Position numbers and translations under genes: made by a program
In this document: positions 12,509-25,519 of the stretch, in pieces
Numbering within the stretch: position 1 is the stretch's first letter
Layout of the letters: each line of letters starts with the position of its first letter
Source: Octopus bimaculoides
Lineage: Eukaryota
Reading direction: 5' to 3'
NCBI RefSeq assembly: GCF_001194135.2
Contig: NC_068991.1
Location: 54,224,809 to 54,288,808 of the forward strand
DNA length: 64,000 nucleotides
The notes under the pieces: model-generated
The model's database searches: none
Told to the model about the DNA's origin: nothing
The model's input: only the letters and a program-made list of their open reading frames with translations

Positions 12509-12888
12509 ATCTGTTATATGCAACAGTAGAAATATTAGAGTGTAATAGCCGTTTGTGTCTAATATTTGATTTAAATGCATCATGAATAAATATCAATACT
12601 GGGGTACTGGTTCATGTACAATATCTCTTATGGACCTACTATGTGTAAAATTACAAATACATCAATAGCAAACGAAAATTCATTCTTGCAGCCACATGTG
12701 AGAATGCTTGATGCGTATTTCTGCCTCGTTGAGCTTTGTCAGTTGCATGAACTCATTACCAACCGCATACTAAGACGAAATCTGGTGCTACTGATATAAG
12801 AAAACGGTGATTGAACAGCCACTGCTGTTGCAATTAGGCATAAATGACAGTTTTAACAGAATACTGCTTCTATTGCATATAACGGACT
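12509..12888. mobile_element. Possible non-autonomous DNA transposon with imperfect ~28-bp TIRs
   Basis: atctgttatatgcaacagtagaaatatt versus the reverse complement of aatactgcttctattgcatataacggac. Confidence 0.45.
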
Positions 12889-13253
12889 TTTATTCAGCTG
12901 GACGGCTAATTGCAGCATCAGTGATTGTTCTTCGGTTTGTTGGCTCAGTTTTCATTGAAATTTTGTCATTGACCGAAGATCATTTTATCCCTAGCTATGC
13001 ATGATTAAGTCTAAGACAAGGAATACACATAACGACAAGCAAAATTTGAATTTTAGTATTATATGTANNNNNNNNNNNNNNNNNNNNNNNNNNNNNNNNN
13101 NNNNNNNNNNNNNNNNNNNNNNNNNNNNNNNNNNNNNNNNNNNNNNNNNNNNNNNNNNNNNNNNNNNNNNNNNNNNNNNNNNNNNNNNNNNNNNNNNNNN
13201 NNNNNNNNNNNNNNNNNNNNNNNNNNNNNNNNNNNNNNNNNNNNNNNNNNNNN

Positions 13254-13286
<33 letters not shown>

Positions 13287-13294
13287 CCTTTTAC

Positions 13295-13479
13295 TTGTTT
13301 CACTCATTTGACTGCAGCCATGCCGGAGCACCACCTTAAAGGGTGCTAGTCAAAGAAATTGACCTCAGGACTTATTCTTTGTAAGCCTAGTACTTATTCT
13401 ATCGGTCTCTTTTGCCGAACCGCTCATGTTACGGGGACATAAACACACCAGCATCGGTTATCAAGCGATAGCAGGGCTA

Positions 13480-13515
<36 letters not shown>
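13295..13515 (-). mobile_element. SINE family B, 3' half
   Basis: Family B tail consensus. Confidence 0.75.
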
Positions 13516-13516
<1 letters not shown>

Positions 13517-14319
13517 GATACGGTTCTGTAATACATTAGCGGTGCCAATAAGTAGTTGTTAAATCTCAATATACTCATATTCACAGTATTAGAAAGGGCC
13601 GGTGGTGAGGAGTTGAAAACTGTCAGACATTAAAAGTACTCTGAGAAAGCTATAACATTCCACACAGACACTCAGCTATTGGTGGTCATTTCCTTATAGC
13701 AGAAAGAACAGTAAGCTTTTGAAAGTGATTACGTAACTCTTGTTCTTTTGTGATTCGAATACAAATGCACACACATACGTGAATGTATACGTACACACGT
13801 AAATGTATGGTGTGTGCGTATTATATGCTGTAAATATTAAATACCGGTTAAGTAATCTTTCCCTCCGGCCACCTGACCCGTCAAACAATTAATTCTATTT
13901 ATCTGCACGAATATTTGGGATAAAAACAAACATTTTAAGACGTCAAGCATTAATTAAAGCGGTTCTAATTAGGACCTGAAATCATGTCGACCAAATGACG
14001 GTCTAATAAAGAGTGGTGTATGTGTGCGTATATATGAGTATGTGTGTATGGGCATGTGCATGCATAAGTGAATGCATATACTTGTATGTGTGTGTAAATG
14101 TTAAATCTGTATACATGTGTGCATATGTATACATATGCATGCGTATGATACACACACACACACATACACACACAGACACACACAACACACACACATATAT
14201 TCTCCGAAGCAGACGTAAATTGAGTTTATACGCACACTCACACACACTCTCTCTTTCTCTCTTTCTCTCTTTCTCTCACACACACGCGCACACGCATATA
14301 TATGCATACGATGGGCTTC

Positions 14320-14470
14320 CACGCAGTTTCTGTTAACTAAATTTACTCTCAAGACATTGGTCGACCCGGAGCTATAGAAGAAGGCATTTCCCCAAAGTGT
14401 CGCGCAATGGGATTGAAATCCAAACCACACGGTTTGCAAACCGAGCTTCTCAGCCACACAGCCATGCCTG
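14320..14470 (-). mobile_element. SINE family B, 5' half, followed by a compound CA/CT microsatellite
   Basis: Family B head consensus. Confidence 0.7.
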
Positions 14471-14859
14471 CTTATGAAGCCTGCATACCCGCTTTAATAA
14501 ACCACGGTAATATCGAACAACGTACAATCAGAACTTATTGACTGAAAATAGCTTTCTTGCAGAGAATGAAATTTGATATATTTCCCTCAGGTTCAAACGT
14601 TGCAGATTTGATTAATTTCTGGTGACCATTGTTCTGCAAACATATTTCAAAATTAATGAAATTTGCCCCGACTTCAGAACGACATCCAATTGTGAACAAA
14701 TATTTTCATCGATGAAATTCATATTAAATAATCTCACGACTGACTGAATGAAGCTTGAAAAGTTTTCTGTTGTTCTCCATAACTAATTTAAGAACAAACA
14801 TTGACGGAATCAAAACAGACTGAAAAGTCTCATCAAAAATGATGTTTACATTGTTTCTA

Positions 14860-15013
14860 GGGGTGCGGCGTGGCTGTGTGGTAAGAAGGTTGCTTTCCAA
14901 CCACATGGTCTCGGGTTCAGTCCCACTGCGTGGCACGCTGGGCAAGTATCTTCTATAGCCTCGGGCCAACCAAAGCCTTGTGAGTGGTAGACGGAAATTG
15001 AAAAAAGCCCGTC

Positions 15014-15048
<35 letters not shown>

Positions 15049-15250
15049 TGTCAATGTTTGTCGCCCCACCGTCGCTTGACAACTGATGTTGATGTGTTTA
15101 CGTCCCCGTAATTTAGCGGTTCGGCAAGAGAACCGCTAGAGTAAGTACAAGGCTTACAAAGAATAAGTCCTGGGGTCGATTTGTTCGACTAAAGATGGTG
15201 GTCCAGCATGGCCGCAGTCAAATGACTGAAACAAGTAAAAGAATAAAAGA
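14860..15250 (+). mobile_element. SINE family B, full length
   Basis: A box TGGCTGTGTGG, B box GGTTCAGTCCC, internal (GT)n, tail aaaagaataaaaga. Confidence 0.85.
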
Positions 15251-15694
15251 ATATTATCGAGTGAGCAATAAACAAATAAATAGTAAAAAGAAAATTGTAT
15301 ATCTCACAGAACATCCCAAAACTAGACACCAATATTTAAGCATTATCTAATCCTAATTAGGTTACATATGAAGAAAACCAAACAATACCAAAGTAAGTGA
15401 TCCTCACAAACTTTGAATCCACAATCAATTACCACTTTACACGAATGAAGTACAACCCAGAATAACTAGACTAAGATATAAGAAATTTACAGTTGAGCAT
15501 AACATGTGCATTCCCATCATTAGCTGCCTAAACGGATACCACTATAGTTTCGACACTGGTATATCCAATGCTTCTTCCTTGGACTTCGACTTAAAATTAA
15601 AACTTCTAATCCCTGATTAATTTAATTTGAAATGATTGTCTCGCTTACAATTACTGGTCATCAGGGCACGCCACATATTATTATAACATGTTTT

Positions 15695-15880
15695 AAGGAG
15701 GCGGGCTGGCAGAACCGTTAAGCACGCAGAGCAAAATGTTTAGTGATATTTTGTCTGCCTTTACGTTCAGATTTCAAATTCTGCCAAGGTCGCTTTTACC
15801 TTTCATCCTTTCGGAGTCGATAAAATTATCACTGGTCAAATACTAGGGTCAATGTAACTGACTTTTCCTTCCCTTCAAAA
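15695..15880 (+). mobile_element. SINE family C
   Basis: Family C consensus. Confidence 0.75.
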
Positions 15881-16056
15881 ACAAGATTTGGAACCACCAT
15901 AACACATTTCACAGGAACAAAATGTTGGTGCAAGACACATAGGGTGAATTTGAACTTATGCAAGAAATAACTGTCGTCTGAAATGGAAAATAGTGGCGAG
16001 CTGACGTAACTAAACCGTACAGTTGACTAGAAAAAGCATACATACATACATATATA

Positions 16057-16183
16057 CAGGGTGTCCACAAAGTCTGGGTACGTGGAGTAAATAAAATCAT
16101 GACATAAACAATTAAATATAAGAAATAATAATTTCTTAAAGTACGTGTTAATCCCCATGTACCCAGACTTTGTGGACACCCTG
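16057..16183. mobile_element. 127-bp Tc1/mariner-type MITE
   Basis: Perfect 25-bp TIR cagggtgtccacaaagtctgggtac, with TA on both flanks. Confidence 0.9.
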
Positions 16184-16320
16184 TATATATATATATATNN
16201 NNNNNNNNNNNNNNNNNNNNNNNNNNNNNNNNNNNNNNNNNNNNNNNNNNNNNNNNNNNNNNNNNNNNNNNNNNNNNNNNNNNNNNNNNNNNNNNNNNNN
16301 NNNNNNNNNNNNNNNNNNNN

Positions 16321-17013
16321 TATCAGCTCAACATATAGGATCCTGGTTAGCGTAGTATTCCAATATTCGAAGGAAGATCGGTTAGACACCGATCAATAGG
16401 AAGAGGAGCACTTCATAATTCCAAGATGTGATCTTGGCTTAAAATAAGACATGCAGAGTGAACAACAACAACATTAATGATGATAATAAATGTCCTGATC
16501 CAGACAGATGCTCTTATAGCTTTTGATCATAACTGATTGGAAGTGTTATCATGCACATTGTTTTGTCTTGGTATAAAAGATGGGCTACAACAAATATTCT
16601 GCTCAATATCACAGATTTGCTTGTCAGTTGTTTGACCTTAACTAGTTGAACAAGTCCTTTAGTGGATGATGATATGTGCATCTTTGATTATGAGCAGAAA
16701 TAGTGGGGTAGCATCACAGCGATGTGTTGAGAGGAATTCTTTGGAGTTTGAATAATTCACCTCTGGGAACATGGGTGCTTTGTTCCTCTTCCTTAAGTAA
16801 ACCTTATTCAGGGACCTTTTAAGCTGGATGGGCTCCTCGATCTGAAAGTAAATTCTGACTGGACCCCACCTGCAAGCTCATGCGCAGTTTATCGTGACAT
16901 GAGATCACCATGTGCCTAGTGTACCCTTATCAGACAGGTAATCATGATAGGTATATTGGGCTTCGTACATTTGTACCCCAGTGTCACTTTGGTGGCATGC
17001 ATTGCTCTCTCAC
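16321..17013 (+). mobile_element. Retroelement 3' portion, possibly Penelope-like, ending at an (AAC)n(AAT)n array
   Basis: Resembles from memory an abundant cephalopod repeat ending ...gctctctcac.caataataa. No intact ORF; the family assignment is tentative. Confidence 0.35.
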
Positions 17014-17048
17014 CCAATAATAACAACAACAACAACAACAACAACAAC

Positions 17049-17113
<65 letters not shown>
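17014..17113 (+). repeat. (AAC)n/(AAT)n microsatellite
   Basis: Direct reading. Confidence 0.95.
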
Positions 17114-18479
17114 TTTAGATGAGGAAAGGAGAAATCATGTCGGCATTACGATCGTTTCCGTAAACCAACAATTTTTTATTTCATATTTCATACAATATTA
17201 TGTTATACATTCCGTGTATAGAAATATGTAATAACAATTTTATAGTTCGTTCACTTACTCAGACATCTTCAATTACATACGTACATACATACATACATAC
17301 ATACATACATACATACATACATACTTAAACTCAGACACACACGCAGACACATATATTATAGGTAGTTAGGATAAATCCCAACTGTTTCCTCTTGAAGCAC
17401 ATCTGCTTAATACATTATTACAGTCAATATGTATCCAAAGTCTATTAAGCATGTGAATCTTTGTTATTCCTATTAGCAAATGAAACACCTGTAATGGAGA
17501 ATAAATAATACGCCCAAAATTCCACTTTCGTGTTTTGTTATACATACATACATACATACATATATGGTGGTTGTCTACTCCTTAAACAGAGTTTGACCAC
17601 CTCCTGCACCTACACCTTAGCCCTTTCATGGCGTCTGATGTGGCTTTTTAAACCAGACAGTGTTNNNNNNNNNNNNNNNNNNNNNNNNNNNNNNNNNNNN
17701 NNNNNNNNNNNNNNNNNNNNNNNNNNNNNNNNNNNNNNNNNNNNNNNNNNNNNNNNNNNNNNNNNNNNNNNNNNNNNNNNNNNNNNNNNNNNNNNNNNNN
17801 NNNNNNNNNNNNNNNNNNNNNNNNNNNNNNNATATATATATATATATATAACTCGAACGAAAGTATTATAAGTAATGCCAGAAAAATCGCTAAAACTCTT
17901 TTTCTTTCACGGTCAGATGTCAAGTCTGTTAACTGATTGCTCGAAAAGCTTCTTATTTTAAATTGATCTTGAAAGTATCCTAGCAGCACATGAACGGGGA
18001 TTAAGTATTCATTCTATTAAGTGAGGTGAATACGACGAGTATTTTTCCTTAAATGCCGTTAGGTAGCTCGTATATAAGCACCGTTAACAAAAGTGAAGCT
18101 TTGACAACGTAACGAAGAACATTCTGGAGTTTGTCTTTGTTTATTAGTTTCATAATTACGAACTTTGTAGCAGTTTTCGTGATTATATCTCCTCGATTAA
18201 AGGTTAATCTTACGTGGTGGCTCATTAGGAACACTAGCTAGCAATTACACAATGCATAGATTATAATAACATCACAGCAACACACACACACACACAGGCT
18301 TTTGTTACTTACTTCGAATAAAAAAATTAGCCTGTTTTATACTTCAGAATCTGGAATTTTATTGCTTTATATCGAATATAGTTTGTCATAATTTCAAATA
18401 ATTCATTGAAAAAATATATAAATTTATTTATCTATTATTTATTTTATTATTTTTTTTTTAATGGTTTACTTACTTATTT

Positions 18480-18990
18480 AAGCGCTTCGCTTCCTTTGGA
18501 GCAGAGGCCATCGGCGAATTTCTTCTACTCTTCTCGACTTTGAGTTGTCGTTCCTGATTCCCTCGACTCGGATCCTTACTTTTTCCTTTCAGATTTTGCT
18601 GCACCACTTCCTATGTTTCCCTGAGGGAAAGCCTTCCTCTTCTAGATCTTTTGTTTATGAATTATTATTGATGTTTCTGTAACTTTGCTTTTTCTAGGTA
18701 AGGATGTTGGCTTTATGCAAACCCATTTTTGCCTCTGGGAAGAGAAGGTTCATGTTAGTCTAACCTTTACCCTCTGACCTATCCAGCATGGGAGGCCCTG
18801 CCAGGAGCTTGCAATCTGGTGGCTTAGCTCTCTCTGGATCACTGAGGCATGCAAGCCACCACACTACAAAAAGTATTTGTAATAGATTTAATGTCTTTGT
18901 CGAAGGAAAATTTGCAGTGCCCACAACCCTTTTCAGGGGATCCGTAACCAATGGGAACAAGGAAGGAAAACTCGGTTTCAATATTTGCTA
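18480..18990 (-). mobile_element. Internally deleted RTE-like LINE (5' UTR-like part joined to 3' end)
   Basis: Minus strand reads ...KSRRVEEIRRWPL / DGLCSKGS, resembling the RTE C-terminus (WR.FV.GLC). The upstream part resembles an RTE 5' UTR. Confidence 0.45.
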
Positions 18991-18994
18991 CAAA

Positions 18995-19430
18995 AGCGGT
19001 GAGCTGGCAGAATCGTTAGCACACCGGAAAAAATGCTTAGCAGCATTTCGTCCGTCATTACGTTCTGAGTTCAAATTCCGCCGAGGTCGACTTTGTCTGT
19101 CATCTTTTCAGGGTCGATAAATTAAGTACCAGTGGAATTCTGTGGTCGATGTAATCGACTTGTCTCCTCCCTTAAAATTTCAGGTCTTGTGGCTTTAGTA
19201 AAAGGGATTATTATTATTATTAAGGTGGCAACCTAACAGAATCATTAGCAAAATGCTTAGTGGCATTTCCTCCGTCTTTACGTTCTCAATTCAAATTCCG
19301 CTGAGGTCGACTTTACTTTCCATCATTTCGGTGTCGATAAAATAAGTACCAGCTGAGCACTGAGGTTAATGTAATCGGTTTACGTCTTTTCTTGAATTTG
19401 ATGGCCTTGTGTCAAAATTTGAAGCCAATA
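18995..19430 (+). mobile_element. Two tandem family C SINEs
   Basis: Family C consensus twice. Confidence 0.8.
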
Positions 19431-20499
19431 TTTGCAACAAAGTGAATTCCGCTTAATGCATTCAAGAACCATTTGATGGTGTTTAAAACGCAGCAAAGTA
19501 TAAATTGTGCCATCTTATAAGAGAAATTAGGGATGGTTTCTCTGAGATGGTGGAGTTCCTATTACAGTTGAATGGGAATCAGATACGGTTCCTCTGAAGG
19601 GTGGGACTTCTATGCAGTTTCTGAGTACCAAATTTATTTCACAAGGCGTTTATCAGTTCATGGCATGTTTGGGAAACACTTGATTCAAGTTCTGCGTTGT
19701 GGGTTGACCAGAAGCTATTTAGCAGCAAAGAGAACTATTTAACCAAAAATTAAAAAAAAGAACTGTTTATTTTTGTAACTATAGGCGGCGGTTGTTGTTG
19801 TATGTGCGCGTGTGTGTGTTTCATTGCATTCAGAGAATTATAATTATAAACTTTAGTTTAAGTTAACAAATTTGGATAGACGTGTATGTTCTTTTAAGAG
19901 GTGAAATATGGTTTGATTTCATACATACACATATATGTCTGTGTGTGCGTGTTAACATAAGTGATACATTTTTATCCTGGTTTATTTCCTTGTTGAGGTT
20001 TTGTGCAAATTATTTCTCTGTCCTTCACTTCGAATTCCTCCACGTAAAGCTCTGGCGTGTTGTTTCAAGCAGTTTCTTTCAAAAGTTTGTAATACTTGGC
20101 TTAGGATCTTATATATTTCTCTCCTATTCTTTCTCTTTACTGTTTTTCATCAAGTAAAACATGAAACTCCGGTTAAAACCGACATGTCCTTTTTAAAAAC
20201 TTTCTTTCCTGGTATATTCACGATTTCAACTTTTGGTTTTATATATAGACTAGCAGTAATACCCCTTGTTGGTCGGGCAATTACTTTTACTCTTTCTCGG
20301 GAACCATATTCAAAGTGTTATTACATATATAGATTTACTCCTCCTGTAGGTGTGTATTTTATAAGAAAAAAAAAACATGCAAGAATTGAAGTAGAAAAAG
20401 ATCAATTTCATACACGAACTTCTGTTTGTTTATTATATGGCAATAATAAGTGAGTTGTATGTGTTATTTCATATATCACTACAGCAATGGCAATTATAT

Positions 20500-20628
20500 A
20501 ATACACAAAGCTTTGGTCGGCACGGAGCTGTAATGAAAGAGAATTGCCCAACGTGCCACACAGTGGGACTGAACCCAAGGCGATATGGTTGGAAAGCAAG
20601 CTTCTCAGCCACACAGCCATGCCTATAA
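20500..20628 (-). mobile_element. SINE family B head
   Basis: ggcatggctgtgtggctgagaagcttgctttccaacc...ggttcagtcccactg. Confidence 0.75.
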
Positions 20629-20761
20629 AGGAGAAATTCATTTTGGATAATATACTCCTTGATACAATATGCTTAACAAAAAGATAAGCTGTTTACGGCG
20701 AGAAGACCTTTGATTTTAATATTTACTCGAGCAATGCAACAACTAACAACGCTACACCATA

Positions 20762-21238
20762 CAGGGTGTTCTATAATTAACTGTTTCAATGAAATTGAGT
20801 AAATAAAAAAAAAACTGACAGAATTTTATGTTTATTACCAAAAACAAATAGATTTATAAATCTTACGTCAAACTTTTATGGAAAATTTTCAACATGTCTG
20901 TATCCCTGCATACTTCAAATCTCTCCTTAGCGTTGTGAAACACATTTTGAAGCGTTTCAGAAGTTAGCACCTGCACTGCTAACTGAATGTGTTCTTTAAG
21001 CTCAGCTAAACGATTGCTCCATCTTGGGGAATGAGATAAAGAAAACGATTGCTGCCAAATTGAAAAAAGCTGTCATGGACAAATAAGAGGGGTCTAACAG
21101 GAATGAAAATAAAATTATAAACAAAATTCAATATTTATACACTTTTAACACAATTTAAAGATGATAACATAAATAAAAGTGAGTTTTAAAAAATGCATCC
21201 GATTTCACTCAGGTCATCATTAATTCTGGGACACCCTG
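20762..21238. mobile_element. Internally deleted Tc1/mariner element
   Basis: TA|cagggtgt ... acaccctg|TA termini, with a residual transposase C-terminus inside. Confidence 0.7.
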
Positions 21239-21411
21239 TATTTACAGTCCCTGTTCTTCTAACATTACTCTATGTACTCTCTCTCTCTCTCTCTATCTCT
21301 CTCTCTGCTCTAAATAGGATTAAGTTATGCTGGATTAATTGTCAATATTCAGTACTGGATTAATTTCACAGAATGGATTTTATGAACTTTAAAGGGTGAA
21401 GATAAATAATG

Positions 21412-21598
21412 GTTTCAAATTTTGGCATAAGGCCAGCAAGTTGGGGGAGAGGAGTAAGTTGATTACATGGATTCAAGGGCCCAACTAGTGCTTATTTTAT
21501 CGATCCCTAAAGTAGACCTCAGAATTTGAACTTGGAGCATAAAGACGGGCGAAATGCCACCAAGTATTTTTCCCGGAGTGTTAACTATTCTGCCAGCT
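21412..21598 (-). mobile_element. SINE family C
   Basis: Family C consensus. Confidence 0.75.
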
Positions 21599-22699
21599 GG
21601 AAATAAATAATGATTGCGATACTTATGACTTGTTCTAAGGTATAAGTGAATTAAAATAACCACGATTAGGGATGGAAACCTAGTCATAGATTTTGCTTGT
21701 AGGGAACTTCATGATAATTCTCGGCGTTTACTTTATGATAAAATATTGGTATCTTTTGCGGAAGCGCAAAATCAAATGTATTCGTGGAAAAATTAAAGTC
21801 AAATGACATAAAAAGAATACATCTATCCTAGTTTATCACTGATCCAGGATAATGTTGTACGCTCAGTATGAGCGGAGTTTACAGGTTATCGATCAGTCAA
21901 AGATTCTTCTTTGGGAGCAAAAGCGTACCCCAGCAGTTATCCACAAGACTCAGGACAGCTTGGGGAGTCTTAAAACAAAATCTATTTCCCTAGACATTCT
22001 ATTATTTACTGAATCATTTAAAACACTGTGGGGTTTTCGGGGGAGAACGAAACACCCGTGATAAATGAGGATAGACATACTAACTTTACTAACTGTACTG
22101 ATGTTGGAATAAGTAAAGAAAACATTAACTTCAACGGGATTTGAATTCAAAAGACGGCGGGGAATATGATATAATGTATATAGTCTTTTTTTTCTCTATG
22201 CTACTAACAAAAACTATAGTTTTTATGAATCTGATATTAGACTATACACACTAAATAATTATTATATTGCTATAAGTGTGTAGATAATGGATCATATGCA
22301 TCGTATTTGCTATCTATGATCCAAATTAAACAAATCAAACAACAGCTTCACTCTCTTTATAAATTTTCAGCATAAATTTTCAAATTTATCTAAATCTATA
22401 TTGAAATTAAATGTACAATATAGATATTTACATACGCATGTTGCGAAATAAATAAATATAAAGAAAAGTAAAAAGCTTGAATATTTTTTTAAAATGTTAT
22501 CAAAGTAAGCAAGTATTTGGCATCGTATACACATTTGTATCAAAACTGATAATCTCACTGTTAACAAGAACTCCTCCTCTTTAAGAGGTTTAATATGTTG
22601 GGAGAGGCGAACGGATGAGGTTTAATCTTTATAATCTCTTTTGCTCGTGTCCTTATTTATATTTATATTAAGATTAACTATTTACTCAATGCTTATATT

Positions 22700-23400
22700 A
22701 AAGGCAGATCAGAGATTAAATGATAATGACCTTTTGGGTTGACCAACGATCAGAAAGAGCCGCGTGTTTCAGTGACTCGTGATCCGACGAGAGCAGCTTT
22801 TCAGTGACGGTGAAAGAAGTGCTTCATGCAGATGTTTTTTACACAGCATTCGCCAGTGAGAAAAAGGTGCGTATGAAAGAGATAAATAAATAGATAGATT
22901 GAGAGAGAGAGAGAGAGAGGGGGGGAGTAGGGGAGAAAGAGTGAAGTATGGAGAAAAAGAGATAGAAGATGAGAGGGTAATAAAAATAATAGAAGCCTTG
23001 CTGTGCTAAATGATTCAAAATATTAAATGAAAATTGTATGTTATCCATAGAATTCAGGTTGAAAGTCTTCCTGAAGAGACTGTTCAATTGAGCTTCGTCA
23101 CATCTAATGTTTCAGTGTCGATCTAGTTGCTATTGGTGATTTTACAACGTATATTCGTGAAATGTGTAACCCAATTATGATTGCTTTGAAACGAGAATGA
23201 ACAATCAACTTTGCATCAGTTTTAAAGCTTGAATGCCCATCATCAACGCCACAGTAGCAATCTCTCAAATCTGACGCTTTTTCAGTTTTGCTATCAAACT
23301 CAGAAAAAACCACAAATTTTCACTTTAAATGCTCTCCGAGTTCTCGATGCAACGCATAATTTTTTTTCTTTTGATTATATTATAAACAGATGATGAATTC
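22700..23400 (-). pseudogene. Mariner (Mos1-like) transposase relic
   Basis: Decayed EF...KASDLR...KT.AK...RFK (HTH) and CDEAQLNSL segments, with multiple stops. Confidence 0.4.
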
Positions 23401-23734
23401 ACCAATTCCAAATTGTTTGGTTGAACAGCTATTTCGTGTTTCTTCATATATTTTTTAATATTTGAAGTTTTTCACCAATTTTTAAAAAAGCAACGACGCG
23501 TCGAAGCATTCACGTACATATAATATTGTTGTAACCCGTGTACAGAAGATTACACATTAATTATGCAGAAAAATGAGCGTGTAATCAGTTTACTGTATTT
23601 CCAAACCGGACCGCGTATGTTAAAAAGCATATGATCACAGGACCAGCGTTATTCAGTCGACCAGTTTTCCCCAATCTTTACCCACATTTTCTTCGCCTCT
23701 CTTGATTCAATTCTCGCTGTTGTACCTTACGATC

Positions 23735-23994
23735 GTGGAGGCGCAATGGCCCAGTGGTTGGGGCAGCGGACTCGCGGTCATAGGATCGCAGTTTCGATTC
23801 CCAGACCGGGCGTTGTGAGTGTTTATTGAGCGAAAACACCTAAAGCTCCACGAGGCTCCGGCAGGGGATAGTGGCGAACCCTGCTGTACTCTTTCTCTCA
23901 CTCTTACTTCCTATGTCTGTTGTGCCTGTAATTCAAAGGGTCAGCCTTGTCACACTGTGTCACGCTGAATATCCACGAGAACTACATTAAGGGT
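23735..23994 (+). mobile_element. SINE family A, truncated by a gap
   Basis: Same head and body as 746-1127. Confidence 0.85.
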
Positions 23995-24292
23995 NNNNNN
24001 NNNNNNNNNNNNNNNNNNNNNNNNNNNNNNNNNNNNNNNNNNNNNNNNNNNNNNNNNNNNNNNNNNNNNNNNNNNNNNNNNNNNNNNNNNNNNNNNNNNN
24101 NNNNNNNNNNNNNNNNNNNNNNNNNNNNNNNNNNNNNNNNNNNNNNNNNNNNNNNNNNNNNNNNNNNNNNNNNNNNNNNNNNNNNNNNNNNNNNNNNNNN
24201 NNNNNNNNNNNNNNNNNNNNNNNNNNNNNNNNNNNNNNNNNNNNNNNNNNNNNNNNNNNNNNNNNNNNNNNNNNNNNNNNNNNNNNNNNNNC

Positions 24293-24526
24293 GTGCTACG
24301 GATGAAAGCAAAGCAACAGTTAAGGAGTGGCATATTTTACCACGACAGACACGTACACAGCATCGAATACCACGATGTGAGTGAAAGCTGCTCTCACTGT
24401 ATTGTCCTGTGTCTGGTAATCCCTTCGATACCGACATCAAAGCAAAAAAAGAATCCTGACCACAGAGTGTGGGTAATTATGTCAAATGTCACTGGCAATG
24501 TGCATTCAGCTGATTGCAACTGTTAA
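24293..24526 (+). pseudogene. Fragment resembling a SWIM-type zinc-finger region (transposon-associated)
   Basis: CLVIPSIPTSKQKKNPDHRVWVIMSNVTGNVHSADCNC* resembles V.pS....Y.vWv.....G.i.sa.C.C(.AG.g..C.H), truncated at CxC. Confidence 0.4.
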
Positions 24527-25519
24527 AGCAAATCACTGAGCATGCGTACATGTCATACGGGAGAGATCCAATCAGGGGTGGATAACACCTTATAGGAAAG
24601 CCCTATAGATAGTAGGAAAAACTCCGTATTTGGCAGATAACTTTATACACATTTGACGAAGAAATTTAAAAATAGTGTTATTAATATATAGTTAGTTGAG
24701 AAAACTCTGTATCTAGGGAAAACCGTTATACACATTTTCTGAAGAAAGTTAAGAATATGGTTATTAGTATATAGAAAGTCGGAAAGACTCCAGAAAATAC
24801 CTTTGTGCATTATACGAAGATGGTTAGATACAGCGATTAGTATATTTGTGTTCGAGTCTGCCGGGACATATTAAGAATGAATATGAAAGTAATCGTCTAG
24901 ATTCTCGCAGTTCACCGTGCAAATATCGATTCATTATCTGTTAGAAGATATCAGCATGGATCACCAAACAGTTTATTCGCTGAAATTATAAACAAGGCTA
25001 TCGGCTCTTCTCAGATTCGTTAGTCGGGGTGCTTCTGGCTGATGAAACACAACATGTCGAAACATCGATATCCTAGAATCACTTACATGAATGAACCGAT
25101 TGTATTATGAACGCTTAATCGGCGTAAAGGAGGAGCTGTTTTCATGTGATGAATGCAACAGCGATTACCATATTTGCGTTCGAATCTACCGGGACGCATT
25201 AAAAATAGATATGTAAGATATCTTGTGCGCATGTGTGTGTGTGTGAGTGATATATATTACATAAACATATACATGCATACATGCAAGCACACACATATAC
25301 ATACGTAGTTAAGATCTCTATAGGCGGTTTCATGTGGATTTCCAGCGCTTATTTTTTTTATGTCTTCTCAAATGAACTAAGACACCTATTCAAATAGTTA
25401 TATATATGGTCATACTTCTTTAATAGAAGAATATAGAGTCCACATTTTCAGTGTATTGAGTCCTCTATTTTGAGTTGTTGCCTACTTGATTCTTATTCGA
25501 GAATTACAGTACATTAGAA

